A stretch of 64,000 nt of DNA from Okamejei kenojei (taxonomy: Eukaryota), in assembly GCA_035221665.1 (NCBI GenBank), contig CM069153.1, forward strand, positions 33,542,001 to 33,606,000. Direction: 5' to 3'. The notes under the pieces are model-generated. The model was not told the DNA's origin. It saw nothing but the letters and a program-made list of their open reading frames with translations, and made no database searches. Of the stretch, positions 1-11,435 are shown in pieces. The translations under genes were made by a program, and so were the position numbers. Position 1 is the first letter of the stretch; each line of letters starts with the position of its first letter.

Positions 1-165
1 CAGTGGGACAGGACAGGCAGCACCTCAGGAGACCATGGATAGATGACATTTCTGGTCGGTACCCTTCTTCAGACCGAATAAGCGTCCAGACCTGAAATGT
101 CACCTATCCATTTTCTCCAGAGATGCCGCCTGACCAACTGTTGCTCCAGCACTTTGTGTCTTATC
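1..165. mobile_element. Fold-back (tail-to-tail) Penelope-like element 3' remnant, cut by the window edge
   Basis: Inverted arms ggacaggcagca...cccttcttcagac and gacctgaaatgtcacctatcc...ctccagcactttgtgtc, the same motif as the many copies elsewhere in the window. Confidence 0.7.
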
Positions 166-309
166 AATAAATGTAAATATTTTTTAGATTGTTATCGCCT
201 GTAATTTTTCTCTCTCAGACACACACACACACACCGATAAAATGGAGTGTTGTTTATGATGGGGGCATGCTGACGTTTTTTTGTCAAATACAGGACCCTG
301 TTGCCGTTA

Positions 310-406
310 AGGCCCTGTCCCACGATGCGAGTTTACCCAAGAGCTTGATTTTTTTCTTTAAACTCGGGAGACCTCTTGGGTAAACTCGCATCGTGGGACA
401 GGGCCT
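310..406. mobile_element. MITE (non-autonomous DNA transposon, PIF/Harbinger-like), internally deleted
   Basis: Perfect 34-bp terminal inverted repeats AGGCCCTGTCCCACGATGCGAGTTTACCCAAGAG (310-343 / 373-406) flanked by TTA on both sides (307-309, 407-409). Confidence 0.85.
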
Positions 407-532
407 TTAGTCTTTCCTACTCTTTCCTGGATGATCACGCCTTGCAGAGAGTTGCATGCTTCCCATGCAGGTGCTAAGGTGACCCAGGAGAATCCGTTTG
501 TAGGGTGCGGATCAGGATTAAGCCTGCATATC

Positions 533-538
<6 letters not shown>

Positions 539-621
<83 letters not shown>
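539..621. repeat. (CA)~41 microsatellite preceded by a short (CG)n run
   Basis: Read directly; explains the HT/CV-repeat ORFs at 358-699. Confidence 0.98.
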
Positions 622-624
<3 letters not shown>

Positions 625-1739
625 GGTGCATACAGTCAACTTGGAGGCGAATTACACCTTGCCATTTTATTAGAATCACTTGCACTCAGTAGAGAGTGAA
701 ATAAGGCAGTGTGTTGTTCCACAGCTTTGCTCCAAGACTGTTGGTTTCATGACAAGTGGGTTAGAATGAACCTTACTCTATTAATTATAGTATTTTAAGT
801 AAGTGGAAGATGCCGATGCTGATTGTGAAGCAGTCGGTGATAGCTGAATGTTCCCTTGAACCTTTCATCTCTCAGCATTGCTGGTACACTTAAAACTGCG
901 TTCCAGCAGAATGGAAACATGTCAGCGACCGGTTATATTGACGTCTTCAAGCTCTCCCATGAGGTTTACCATCACCCTGGTGATGATACACTTTGTTCAG
1001 TGCTGTAGCTGTTGGAGGTCTCTGCTTGTAAGCAACCAATCCACTGTTGACAATGCAGATGGTCAGTTTGCAATAAAAAGCTCAGCACCCAGTTTACTGC
1101 ACAGTTTAAATCATTGAAGCAAGTGTAGTTTGTCTACTGAGAGAGGATATTTCTACTGCCTGAGCAAGGACAGTTACTAACCAAAGAGTGAGTTCACATT
1201 TGGAATCTATTTCCTGAGTTTCTCATTAAAGACAGTGGAATCCATGTTTCGCAAGCTTGATGGGAAAATCCTAGAAACAAGTTCTGAATCTTCAGCTTTG
1301 ATCCTTATGAACATGTGAAAAATATACTTACCTGACAATTATCTAATTGATTTTTGGGATATTATCAAACAGAATAGCTGCCATGGAAGGCACTGGGGGG
1401 GGGGGGGGGGGAACGGGGGGATCAACTGTATTGTTTATCTTGTATGGTCAAAGCACATGGAAGCCTTGCATTTAACTGTTCAAAAACCCTGATGGTCTGG
1501 CATCTGACTCACTCATTCATTTGGAGTATGAGCTGGGGCATAGTGTGCAAGTGGGGTGTGTAGTTGAAGCAAGAATGTAGTTAAATATTTCCCACTCCCT
1601 TTCAATTGGAGACACTGAAAAGTGTATTATACTACTGAGCAATTTGCAAAACAAAAGTGAAATACATGTGTATTATGATATTAATGATAATTGCATCCCC
1701 AGTCCAGAGCCCCTGGTAATGCAATAATCTCTGGATAGA

Positions 1740-2222
1740 TGATGTTTCATGCCAAGATCCTTCTTCAAACTGATTGTATAGTGGGGTAGGGGAGGGGGGA
1801 GGGGGAGGGGGGGAGAGAAAACTGGATTAAAAAAGTGGAGTGGGACAAAGCCTGCCAATTTATAGGTGGATACAGGTAATGGGGGTTAATGGGTGGACAA
1901 AGGCTAGAGATGAAAAGGAGACAAAAGATTATCAGATAAGGGGAATAAAATATGTAAAGCCACAGGGAGATTTATGGATGGAAGGAGATGGGGGGGGGGG
2001 GGGGGGGAACGGGGACGGTGGGAAGTATGGAAGGGCACCATGGTAGGAAAGAGAGAGGGGGAAGGATGGGTATTATTGGAGAATTCAATATTCAAACCCC
2101 TGGGTTGTAAGCTACCCAAGAGGAATATGAGATGCTGTTTCTGCTCCAATGAATTGGAGAATTCAATATTCAAACCCCTGGGTTGTAAGCTACCCAAGAG
2201 GAATATGAGATGCTGTTCCTGC
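1740..2222 (-). mobile_element. Penelope-like element 3' remnant: C-terminus of the GIY-YIG-containing ORF plus 3' UTR, with a 78-bp tandem duplication
   Basis: Minus-strand translation EQHLIFLLGSLQPRGLNIEFSN (twice) resembles the PLE ORF C-terminus; followed by a C-rich UTR and a degenerate (c)tgaagaagg motif near 1760. Confidence 0.75.
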
Positions 2223-2614
2223 TTCCTTCCTCTGGTGTACATCTCCAATCTTGGGGCATTATTGGTTGGCATCAAAACCTGGTGTTCATTGGTCACAACA
2301 CTAACATGATAATTAAATGAATGGAATGAGTTACGATGGAGAGAGTACCTGCAAGAAAATAAGGATCCACACATTATGTGAAAGAAGCATGAACCGAATC
2401 CACCAATGAGAATAATATCTTCATGTTTTGAACCATTAGCTGCTGCCACCTGGTGCAGTACATACGGACTCAATTTTGACATTCCAACATGATGTGGATC
2501 ATTCTCAATATTTTGAAGAGCAGATATGTATAAGATGAATATTTTATTTTAATCATGGATGAGGAAGAAAATTAACCTGGCAAAGTTGCCTTGTATTCTT
2601 TCTTCTTGCTGTAG

Positions 2615-2704
2615 ATGAGCAGCAAGCTGCAACGAGAGCTCTTCAATCTCGAACTGTTGCAGCAGGCATGAGGGACGCACCGGGTGATCATGGGGAAACA
2701 CAAG
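2615..2704 (+). other. Candidate 90-nt frame-preserving exon (host unknown)
   Basis: Acceptor ttgtattctttcttcttgctgtag, donor AAG|gttaat, open phase 1-1 frame EQQAATRALQSRTVAAGMRDAPGDHGETQ; no homology recognised. Confidence 0.2.
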
Positions 2705-4094
2705 GTTAATGTGGCAACGAGTGTCAGTTCATGACCCCTGCTACTGAGATGCTGTCGAACCTTTAATGCATGTCTGGCTAAAATTCATATTCATTCCCAC
2801 AAGATTTCCCATCAGCATTTTCTGATCCTTGCACAGGGAACAGTTTACACTTACAGCAGCTCAATTACCATTCCGCAAGCTTGTCCACAGAATCCATTTA
2901 ATAACATAGCTGCTGTGGTGTGAACTTGCTGTGAACTTCACACCTTAGCTGAGTTTCCCAATAGTGATCACAATGGCCACAGTGATCAATCTTCTACGTA
3001 AACTCTTAATGCAGTTATTCTTTTTCGTACCACTCGCATTCTCATGCAGGCCTTGCGGAGAGTTTCTGATGCTGTACTTTGAAGAATGTTTGGACCAAAG
3101 CTTCCCTGCGTGGTGGTGCGATACATTGCGTGGTTTCCTATGGAGGGGGCAGAGACCTGATGCAGGATGGAGTGGAGGGTAGATATGAAAGCAGTCAGTT
3201 TGCAGCAAACAAGCATCCCAGGGAATGGCGTGCTGCCTACCCCTTGAACCAAGCCTGACATTCATACAGAGGAGAATGGGCCAAAAAAAACAAAATCATT
3301 ATTTCTAAAATTGTAAAATGTTGCCAGTGAAAAGTTTCCCCATAGAAGCTAAGACTTACTTACCTCATACTTGAAGTGTTCTGTTTGTTCTTTTCTTTTC
3401 TTCATTTGGTGGTCCCTAGGCTTGAAAAACACATGCTATTTCGTGCAATGCCTGAAGGTTTGTGTAGGACTGGCTCCAGCTTTAGAGCAGCTTTTTCTCA
3501 TTTAGTGTATTATGAGACTGGAATACCAGAGACAGGAATTTCAGTCGAGGATTTCTGCCAATAAAATTCCAATCACATTGGCCTTTGAAGTAGCTTTTTT
3601 TTTTGTTAAATTGCCATTTTCTTTCAGATTTCCCATTCTATGGACTACTTTTTGTTTTTGTTTTCATCACATTACTGGTTTAAATGTCTTTTTTTTTTTT
3701 GTGGAAAGGTAGAGGGTAGGAATTCCTCTGGACATTGGTGTAAAATGGATGGAATTGAATTGCCTGCTTGATGTTTGGTTCCATTGAGTACACGGGAGCT
3801 CAGTGTGAGGTGAAAATATAGGCGGCAGAATAGTACCAACTAATGCCAACGATGATCAATTTCTCCCCCACATTCTCCTAATTAGGTCTTTACTGTTCTG
3901 TACTCATAATATTCCTTAATTCCGTCCAAACACAGTGATCTATTCAACTGAAAACATTGACTTCATTGGATGGCATGAGATGGGTTCAATTAATAGCCTC
4001 TTGAGACGCGATTAGAGTGAATTTCTGAGGCAATGCTGGACATTATTTTCCTTCAGTGAACTGCCATTCCATCCCAGTGATTAATCGATTTAAA

Positions 4095-4510
4095 GATACA
4101 ACATTAGAACCAGGCCCTTCAGCCCATCAGGTCCATACCCACCATCGATCACCCATTCACTCTTGCTCTATGCTATCCCACTTTTGCATTCACTCCCTAC
4201 ATGCTGGAGGCAAGTTCCAGCAGCCAATTGACCTACAAAATCACACATCTTAGGGACATGGGAGGAAACCAGAACATGCAAAAACTGTAAGAGTTTGGCT
4301 ACAGATGAGACTCATTTAATAACTCTGGCTGAGCTGCATTGCATTGGTAGGGAAAAGGTAAATCTGAGCCCTAATGTTTCCCAGAGCACCAAAGCCTATG
4401 CGGTCACAGGGAAAATATGCAAATTCCACACAGACAGCACCCGAGGTCAGAATCAAACCCAGTCTTTTTTCACTGTGAGGCACCAGCTCTACCAGCTGCG
4501 CCACTATGCA
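4095..4510 (-). mobile_element. HE1/V-SINE-like tRNA-derived SINE, interrupted by a ~117-bp templated insertion
   Basis: Reverse complement of the SINE at 56195-56480 (gggaggaaacc...ggtcacagggaaaatatgcaaattccacacagacagcacccgaggtcag...ctctaccagctgcgccac). Confidence 0.8.
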
Positions 4511-5229
4511 CCGTACTGGTTCAAGATTACTTAAAAATCCAATAACTACATTGGAGAAGTTCTTTTGGCACCCCTTGACAACATTCCTTCCTCAACCATC
4601 TCAAAGCACAGTTTGTAGCCTGTGTTCCTGATATTTGAACTCTTCACCAGATGGCGAAACATTTTTTGCGTCAACTCCTGATTTTAGAGACTTTGTTTAA
4701 ATTGTCTCAAAGTGCCAGCTTCTCTAATTCAATCAAATCTGATTTTTTTTTTTTAAACTTCTTAAATCCTACAAACTATCCTTATCTTCCTTAAAGTCTT
4801 GTATTTTACTTCTTACAAAGAGCCCAATGTTGATTTGAAAGCCTTTGAATTGACATGTATTCAAAGCTAGGTTCCTTTCGTATTCAATTATCAATCTTTG
4901 CTTGCAGCTTGCTTAATGCAAAATTCAGTTTGCTGTTGTTCAGAGAATCAAATTTATGCTGGATATGGCACCAGACCGAGCCTTTGGTGCTCTGGGAACC
5001 ATTAGGGCTCAGATTTACCTTTTCCCTACCAATGCAGCTCAGCCAGAGTTATTAAATGAGTCCCATTTGTAGCCAAACTCTTACAGTTTTTTGCCCTCTG
5101 AACTATTGTCCACCAGGATTCAGAACAGAGTTGTTTGAAATGCATTGCTTGGAAGCTTATCTGCCTTTAGCGAAGGTCATAGCTTTGCGCCGGATTTATA
5201 ACACGTATACTTGCTTCCAAAGCGCCCGC

Positions 5230-5600
5230 CTCGGCTCTGCGGTTACATTCTCACCTCTAAGTCAGAAGGTTACTAGTTTGTCCCAATCTAAAGAGTTCTT
5301 CATATAGGCTTCGGCTCAGTAGTGAGGGAGAGTAGGTGGTGGAATGTGCTATTTTCTTGGATGGGACAGTTAACCAAGAACTAATTTGGCCTCCATGGTG
5401 GGTACAACAGATCCTAAGGCACTTCTTCAAGAACTCCCTCTTAGATCCCTGCCAATATTTAACATTAATGGATATCATTAATGTTCATTCAGGAAATCTG
5501 AATGTTATTTTATTCATGTGAGCAAATTGGCTGCCATATTTCCCACGTTATTATGTTGACTGCAATTCTGGTACATCATAAGGTTTATCAGACACCATAA
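5230..5600 (+). mobile_element. Ancient Deu-domain SINE relic (SacSINE1/AmnSINE-like)
   Basis: ctcacctctaagtcagaaggtt...agtagtgagggag...agatcctaaggcact...caaattggctgccatatttccc; similar to 23590-23940 and 28255-28590. Confidence 0.55.
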
Positions 5601-5949
5601 GGGGAAAAAAATGTTGTTTTCCTATATTAACCAAATCAGTGATCCACAAAGGAAAATAAAGAGGCCAAGTTTTATTTAAAAAAATAAACAAGGTGGAAAT
5701 AGTTCTGAGTTTTATTAATGGGAGGAAATTAGTTAATTTACAATGTTTGTACAAAATAAAGAGCTTCCATTCTTATGGTAGTTTTACAACTGCAAACCCA
5801 GTGTACAGCTTGTATACAGGAACTACCACACACATCAAATTAGATAAAGGGAATCAATGCTCATAGTTGATGGAATTATTACCAGCCAAACAAGGAAAAA
5901 TACCTCCTTGCATTTCTTGATCTCAGTGCTGACCAATCATTATTCAGGA

Positions 5950-6030
5950 TAGACAAAATGCTGGAGTAACTCAGCGGGGCAGGCAGCATCTCTGGAGAGA
6001 AGGTCTCTGTCAAGACCCTCCTTCAGACCA
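5950..6030 (-). mobile_element. PLE tail fragment
   Basis: acaaaatgctggagtaactcagcggggcaggcagcatctctggagagaagg...cttcagac. Confidence 0.7.
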
Positions 6031-6869
6031 GATTTTGAGGACCCTGTCAAACTTTCTCATTGGTTCATTTAAAAGCCATCACCTCATCCTGCAAAGCTGC
6101 CCCAAAACCGCTGTGCAGCCAAGATTATGTGACTCCTGATTTAAGCCTTGTTGACCACTTGCCCATAATCCTTAGTGGATCCATGTTAAAAAAAAAATTG
6201 TGAGTGAGGGTGGAATTGTTTTGCCGACAATGTTTTAGTGGTTGTAAAGGCTGCTGACAATCACTGGCTTGAGTTGCTTGCGTACATGGGGAGCTGGATC
6301 CCTGTCAGAGTTGGCGTGCTCAGGGGAAGGATAAAGAAAAGAGTGTGTTGCAATTATTGGTTCACGATTCACGCACAGGATGTTAATCAGCCAAAGCTGT
6401 AACAATAAATTCCATGTGACAGCATGGTGGCTATGGCCTGATTTGCATTTCATGTGAGGATTTCCTTTAGCATGTGGTTATAAACTCGATCCAAGCTGAA
6501 GTGTCTGGGTCTCATTTGCAGACAGTACAGGGACCTCCCTCTCTGACATGGTGTAGAACCCTTGGCTTTCCCTTCTGCCTGGCTGTCTGACAGCTCTCCC
6601 TGTGAGCATTGAATAGGAGTCACTTAGGAATCTCAGTAAGAGGGAGCCACACGAACATTCAGATTAAACTGTTCAGATTTTATTTTTCTTGGCTGTGTTT
6701 GGCATGCAGCATCCCGTCTCTAAAGAAGTAAAAATAAAAATCATGGTTTAATTTCACTGATCTTTTCTTTGCCTTGTAAAGTCATACATTATGGAAACAG
6801 GCCCTTCGGCCCACCAAGACCATGCAAACACCCATTTACATTAATCACATTCATTCTCCCCACATTCCC

Positions 6870-7215
6870 ATTGAACATTGAATTTTCTCAATACTGTTAA
6901 CCCTTCCCACCTCTCCCTCAGCCCTCGGGCCCTGGCATTCCCTCTCTCTCTCTATCTCTCTCCCCCACCCTAGTTGCACTAGCTTCTCATTTTCACACCG
7001 CAAACAGCTAACAATGGCTTGTTCCCTTTATCATCGATACTTTTTTGCATATCTTTCATTCATTGTTCTTTATCTCTCCACATCACCGTCTATATCTCTC
7101 GTTTCCCTGATCCCTGACCAGTCTGAAGAAGGGTCTCGACCCGAAACGTCGCCTATCTCCTTCGCTCCTTAGATGCTGCTGCACCCACTGAGTTTCTCCA
7201 GCCTTTTGTGTACCC
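6870..7215 (+). mobile_element. Penelope-like element 3' end (last ORF codons LNIEFS, 3' UTR, hammerhead motif, tail)
   Basis: Starts ttgaacattgaattttct, matching the ORF end seen at 2075-2222, and runs into ctgaagaagggtctcgacccgaaacgtc and the common tail. Confidence 0.75.
7123..7150 (+). ncRNA. Minimal hammerhead ribozyme core (PLE-associated)
   Basis: CUGAAGA-A-GGGU(CUCG)ACCC-GAAAC-GUC: both conserved boxes, stem II and an NUH triplet; stem I is poor in this copy. Confidence 0.6.
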
Positions 7216-10200
7216 CCTCGATTTCTATTACTCACTGACACTCCATAAGCAATCTAACCCACCAATCCACATGTCTATGGGATGTGGAAGGAAATGGAGC
7301 ACACAAAGGAAACCCACGTGGTCACAGGGAGAACATGAAAACTCCACACTGACAGCTCCGAAGGTTAGGATTGAAACCCCGGACTCAGGAGGCAGCAGCT
7401 CTACCAGCGCCACCACTGTGCCACCCTAGGTAAAACCAGTCAGTGTGCAGTCAGGCTGCAAGCTACCTTGAGAGTGCACACTAATCAGGCATCATGAACA
7501 GCAAGCCACACACATCAGATTAATACTTTCATGCCAGTAACTCCCTTATGTAACAATCGTGAAACAACCACGATCAGACAATGTGTGATGGAGCAGACAC
7601 TGAAAGATAGGAATAAATATGTTCTCACCTGATTACTTTAAAAAGATTTATATTTAAAATGTCTACTCCTGTGCAAACCAGAGGCATCTTGTTTTTCACC
7701 AGATTTAATTATTCTTTTTTTAGCATTGTAAATAGGTCAGCACTTTTATGCCATGCTGTTATTACATAGCAGCGTTATTTAAATAATAAGCTGAAGGCTG
7801 GGTGCGTGAATTATACTCGGGCGTGGTTCAGGCAATGGGTTTTATGGGTAAGCACATTTCTACTCTGCACAATTGATTCAAGACGTTGGCCCTGACCCAT
7901 AAAGCTTTTGTAGATCTGCATATATAAATAAGAGAACCACATTTCAGTCAATCTGCTGGAGATTATTGGCTGCCGTCTAAAGCCGAGTTGCTACCATTCC
8001 TAATGTATTCAAATCTGGAGTGAATTAACTTCAAGGCCTTTCTGTCCCATTGATCGGATGAGATGTACGCCACTCATGGATCCAGAGGGTTGTGATCTTC
8101 ACTGGCTTGACCAGACCATTGTGATTGAGGGAAATGTCGATGCTACACACGCACATTAAACTCCACTCTCTAGTCCATGATCTAGTACATAAACATCAAG
8201 TAATTTATTGCACCACCAATATTGCAAAACATCCCTAGGTTCTTCACACAAGCAATATGAAACAAAATATGATACCAAGCCTTGAAGGGAAAAATTGGGC
8301 AGATCAGTGAAAGCTTGGTCAAATAACTAGACCATGAAGAATATCTTAAAGAGAGCCAGAGGGGTTTGGGGAAGAAATTACTGAACATTGAGTCTTGGCA
8401 GCTATATTCACATCTGCTAAAGGTGGACTGATAACATTCAGAAGCTTTTGTGCTGCAAGTACCTCGGAGAGCTGGAGGGTGGAGACATAAAAGAGAGCTC
8501 TAGAGCGATAAAAAGATTAGTGTTGTTTATCTGAAAACCAGTCTAGGTCAATGAGCACAATGGGTGATGTTAAAGGGTGATGAAGCCTTGGAGATCAAGC
8601 ATCTAAGTTTAGAGTCTGGCTGTTAGTACATTAGTGCAGTTAAGGGATATCCAACCAGATGAGGGAGACTATCAAAGACAGATGAACTGGGGGTAAGGTA
8701 GGGGTGGAAATCTGAAGCCCATTTTGTGGTGTCCAAGACCGCAGATTTGTTGGGACACTCACCATATCCCAAATGAAAAAGAATGGCAGAAACGATTATG
8801 ACTTCAGTAACAGTGCTTCCTTCATTCTTTTCCATCTCTCTATCCTCTTGTTTAAATATTAACATCTAGTGCAAGGATAACAAGGAATTGGTGAAAGCTT
8901 TACTTAAAGACAGGAAGGGATTGTAAGGCATCAGGAAGGGATTGTAAGGAGATGGCATGGAATCCCTGCAACAATAATGATACAGAGTGGATGATTTCAC
9001 AAAAGAACAAAGGAGACCAGGTGGGATCCAATGTAAGGACAGCAAAGAAGATTGCAGAGTCGAATCCGAGGGCTGCAAAAAGGGTGATCTAGTGTACGGA
9101 GAGAGGAAAGTGGGTAGGAAAACAACAGGTCTTTCCCGAGAGGGAGAGTAGGGATGTCAAAGGTAGAGAGGGAGAGTGGATATCTGGCATAAGGTCGGGA
9201 AGGATTTAAAACACAGATTGAGGAAGGGAGCAAGAAACCAGTTAAAGCCATTTAATTGAGAGAGGTAGTTTGATAAAATCGCTCTCTGGATCCCCTGTAG
9301 CAGACTCTGATTAAAAATGCTGCTTCAATGCCCAGTGATTGCGTGTTTTGAAGCTGGTTTGTAGAATGTTATTCAGCAGTCACTTCCTATAGCTGGCCAT
9401 CAGTGACTGGGCAGCAGCCAGCTCTTCATGCACGTTCGTGCAATTAGAATGATCAGAGATATTTCAATTTTCTGAGAATTTTTAGATTTGGTTAAAGCAC
9501 CAGGGAACTGAATGTTTTGATTATTTTTTCTTATTTTCAATGATTCATGTTATGAGTTTTAACACATTTTCCATATTGATTACAATGGCCTAACACATGT
9601 TTAGATATCCAATTTTGGAAGCTCTATGTGGCGTTATTAAATGTTGCTATGGCGATGCACATTGCCACAAGGCTTCTGTTCTATCTTTCCAACATTTGCT
9701 ATACAGATTAGAATTGCCTTCTGCTTTGTGTCATTTTCATACGTACGTGCAGCTTGTTGGATTAGTTCTCTGCAACCACCTGCTTTCTCTGCCGGTCTGT
9801 CTTTCCTGCCAAGTGCCTGTGTCTGTGACCTCCTATTTAACTGTACTTCATGTACTTTTGTACCTCTTCACCTTAAGTGCTTTTTGTATTTTTCTCCAAC
9901 CTCTCATCTCTCATTTCTTCCATGTCCTTCTGCCTGCCTCAACCTTGTGGCCATGTGTGTGTTTTTGTGAACATGCGTGTGGTATAGTTGGGTAGATCCA
10001 AGTGAGCAAGTATATTTGTGCATCTGTAATTGTGTGTGTGTTTAAGTAGTTATGTGCTGGTGTGTGTGTGTGTGTGACTGTGTAAGTGTGGATGCATATA
10101 TGCCTCTTTTCCTCTGAGGCATATATGCATCCACACTTCCTCTTTCCGTGTCCCGCCATTTCTCTGTTTTTCCCACTCTTGCTTGAACTTTTGCGATAAC

Positions 10201-10359
10201 ATAACAATCGGGTTATAACTGCGTAACTAACTTGACCAATTTGGGAGGGGAAGACTTCAACTCCACTGGGGCATGTGTCACATAGACATCAGGCTAGAGA
10301 AGGATATCAGTTTTTCTTTACTTGAGGTTAGTAAACTAGTTGTTCTTTTAAGACCTAAA

Positions 10360-10520
10360 AGACGCAGACTGCTGGAGTAACTCATCGGGTCAGGCTGACG
10401 GAAGAAGGTTCCTGACCTGAAGCGCCATCTATCCATGTTCTCCAGAGATGCTGCCTGACCCGCTGAGTTACTCCAGCACTTTGTGTCATTTGTAAAACAG
10501 CATCCTCAATTCCTTGAGTC
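10360..10520. mobile_element. Fold-back PLE tail element
   Basis: gctggagtaactc...ggtcaggc inverted against gcctgacccgctgagttactccagc. Confidence 0.7.
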
Positions 10521-10759
10521 TTCTGGTTTTTTTAAAGACAGTTTGATAGTTTCATGGTCACCATTAGAGGCTAGATGTTTTTGTTTTTGTTTTAAGATTA
10601 TTTTAATTAATTAAACTGTGATTCTGGGATTCCAGCTCCAATCTCTACTGTCAGTGCAGACCTCATCTGTTGCATCCCAGATACTCCTTCCCCTTCCTTG
10701 CTTTGAGAGGTTTTAGATCCTCCATGTACATTGGGTAGATGCCTTACAAGCCTTGGAGT

Positions 10760-10876
10760 TGACACAAGTGCTGGAGTAACTGGTTTGAAAAAGGGTCCCG
10801 ACCCGAAGCGTCACTCATCCCTTTTCTCCAGAGATGCTGCCTGACCCACTGCATTACTCCAGCATTTTGTGTCTAT
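10760..10876 (+). mobile_element. PLE tail element with degenerate hammerhead core
   Basis: tttgaaaaagggtcccgacccgaagcgtc followed by the tail. Confidence 0.7.
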
Positions 10877-11244
10877 TGTCTGTCTTCATGACTTGCCATT
10901 TGTATTTGTTGTGCTAGTGTCTTTTCACTGGGGATCTGGTTCCCTCACATCTGAAAGACAATGTCACTCGAGCAACTGTGTGATAACAACTTGGTTTCTT
11001 CTCTTATTTAAATGGAAAGATGGCTCACAATTTTATCGTGCCCTCTTGAATTGTCATAACCAATAAAGCACTTTGTTTGCATCATGGTTGTTGTAGTGTG
11101 AGAAACTCAGTAACTAACTTACAAACTAGCAGCAAGATTTATGACATGATTGTCGGTAAAGTTAGAAATGTTGGTGAAGAAAGTAGAGCACAATAGTGAT
11201 GAACAGTGGTAATCCGTACATATAGAATACAGGCACAATAACAA

Positions 11245-11435
11245 CATTTAGAAGACACTTGATCGGTACATGGATAGGACAAGATTCAGGGGGATATGGG
11301 TCAAATGTGGGCAAATGGGACCTGTTTAATGCTTAGAGACATATAGGACAAATGCAGGGGGCTAGCTTAGATGGGGCATCTTGGTTGGCTTGGACAAGTT
11401 GATCAAAGGGCCCTTTTCTGTGCTGTACAAATCTA
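11245..11435 (+). mobile_element. CR1-type LINE 3' tail fragment
   Basis: acatttagaagacacttgatcggtacatggatagg...gggcccttttctgtgctgtac. Confidence 0.65.

Larger units (their letters stand above)
6775..7430 (-). mobile_element. HE1/V-SINE-like SINE split by a PLE insertion (6870-7215)
   Basis: SINE tail atggaaacaggcccttcggcccacc near 6791; SINE body and head resume near 7220-7430. Confidence 0.75.

Noticed and set aside
358-699. ORFs with HT/CV dipeptide runs
   Set aside because: Translations of the (CA)n microsatellite.
876-1027. Plus-strand exon candidate (ctctcag...gtaagc)
   Set aside because: The more protein-like frame hits a stop before the good donor; no homology recognised.
1324-1334. 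ATACTTACCTG, the 5' end of U1 snRNA
   Set aside because: The match stops after 11 nt. It is just a consensus donor site on the minus strand, and the adjacent 61-nt candidate exon has stops in all three frames.
8911-8949. Short tandem duplications (also near 14540, 19660, 28900, 29697, 53623, 54456, 63229)
   Set aside because: Two-copy slippage duplications with no repeat-spacer structure; not CRISPR-like.
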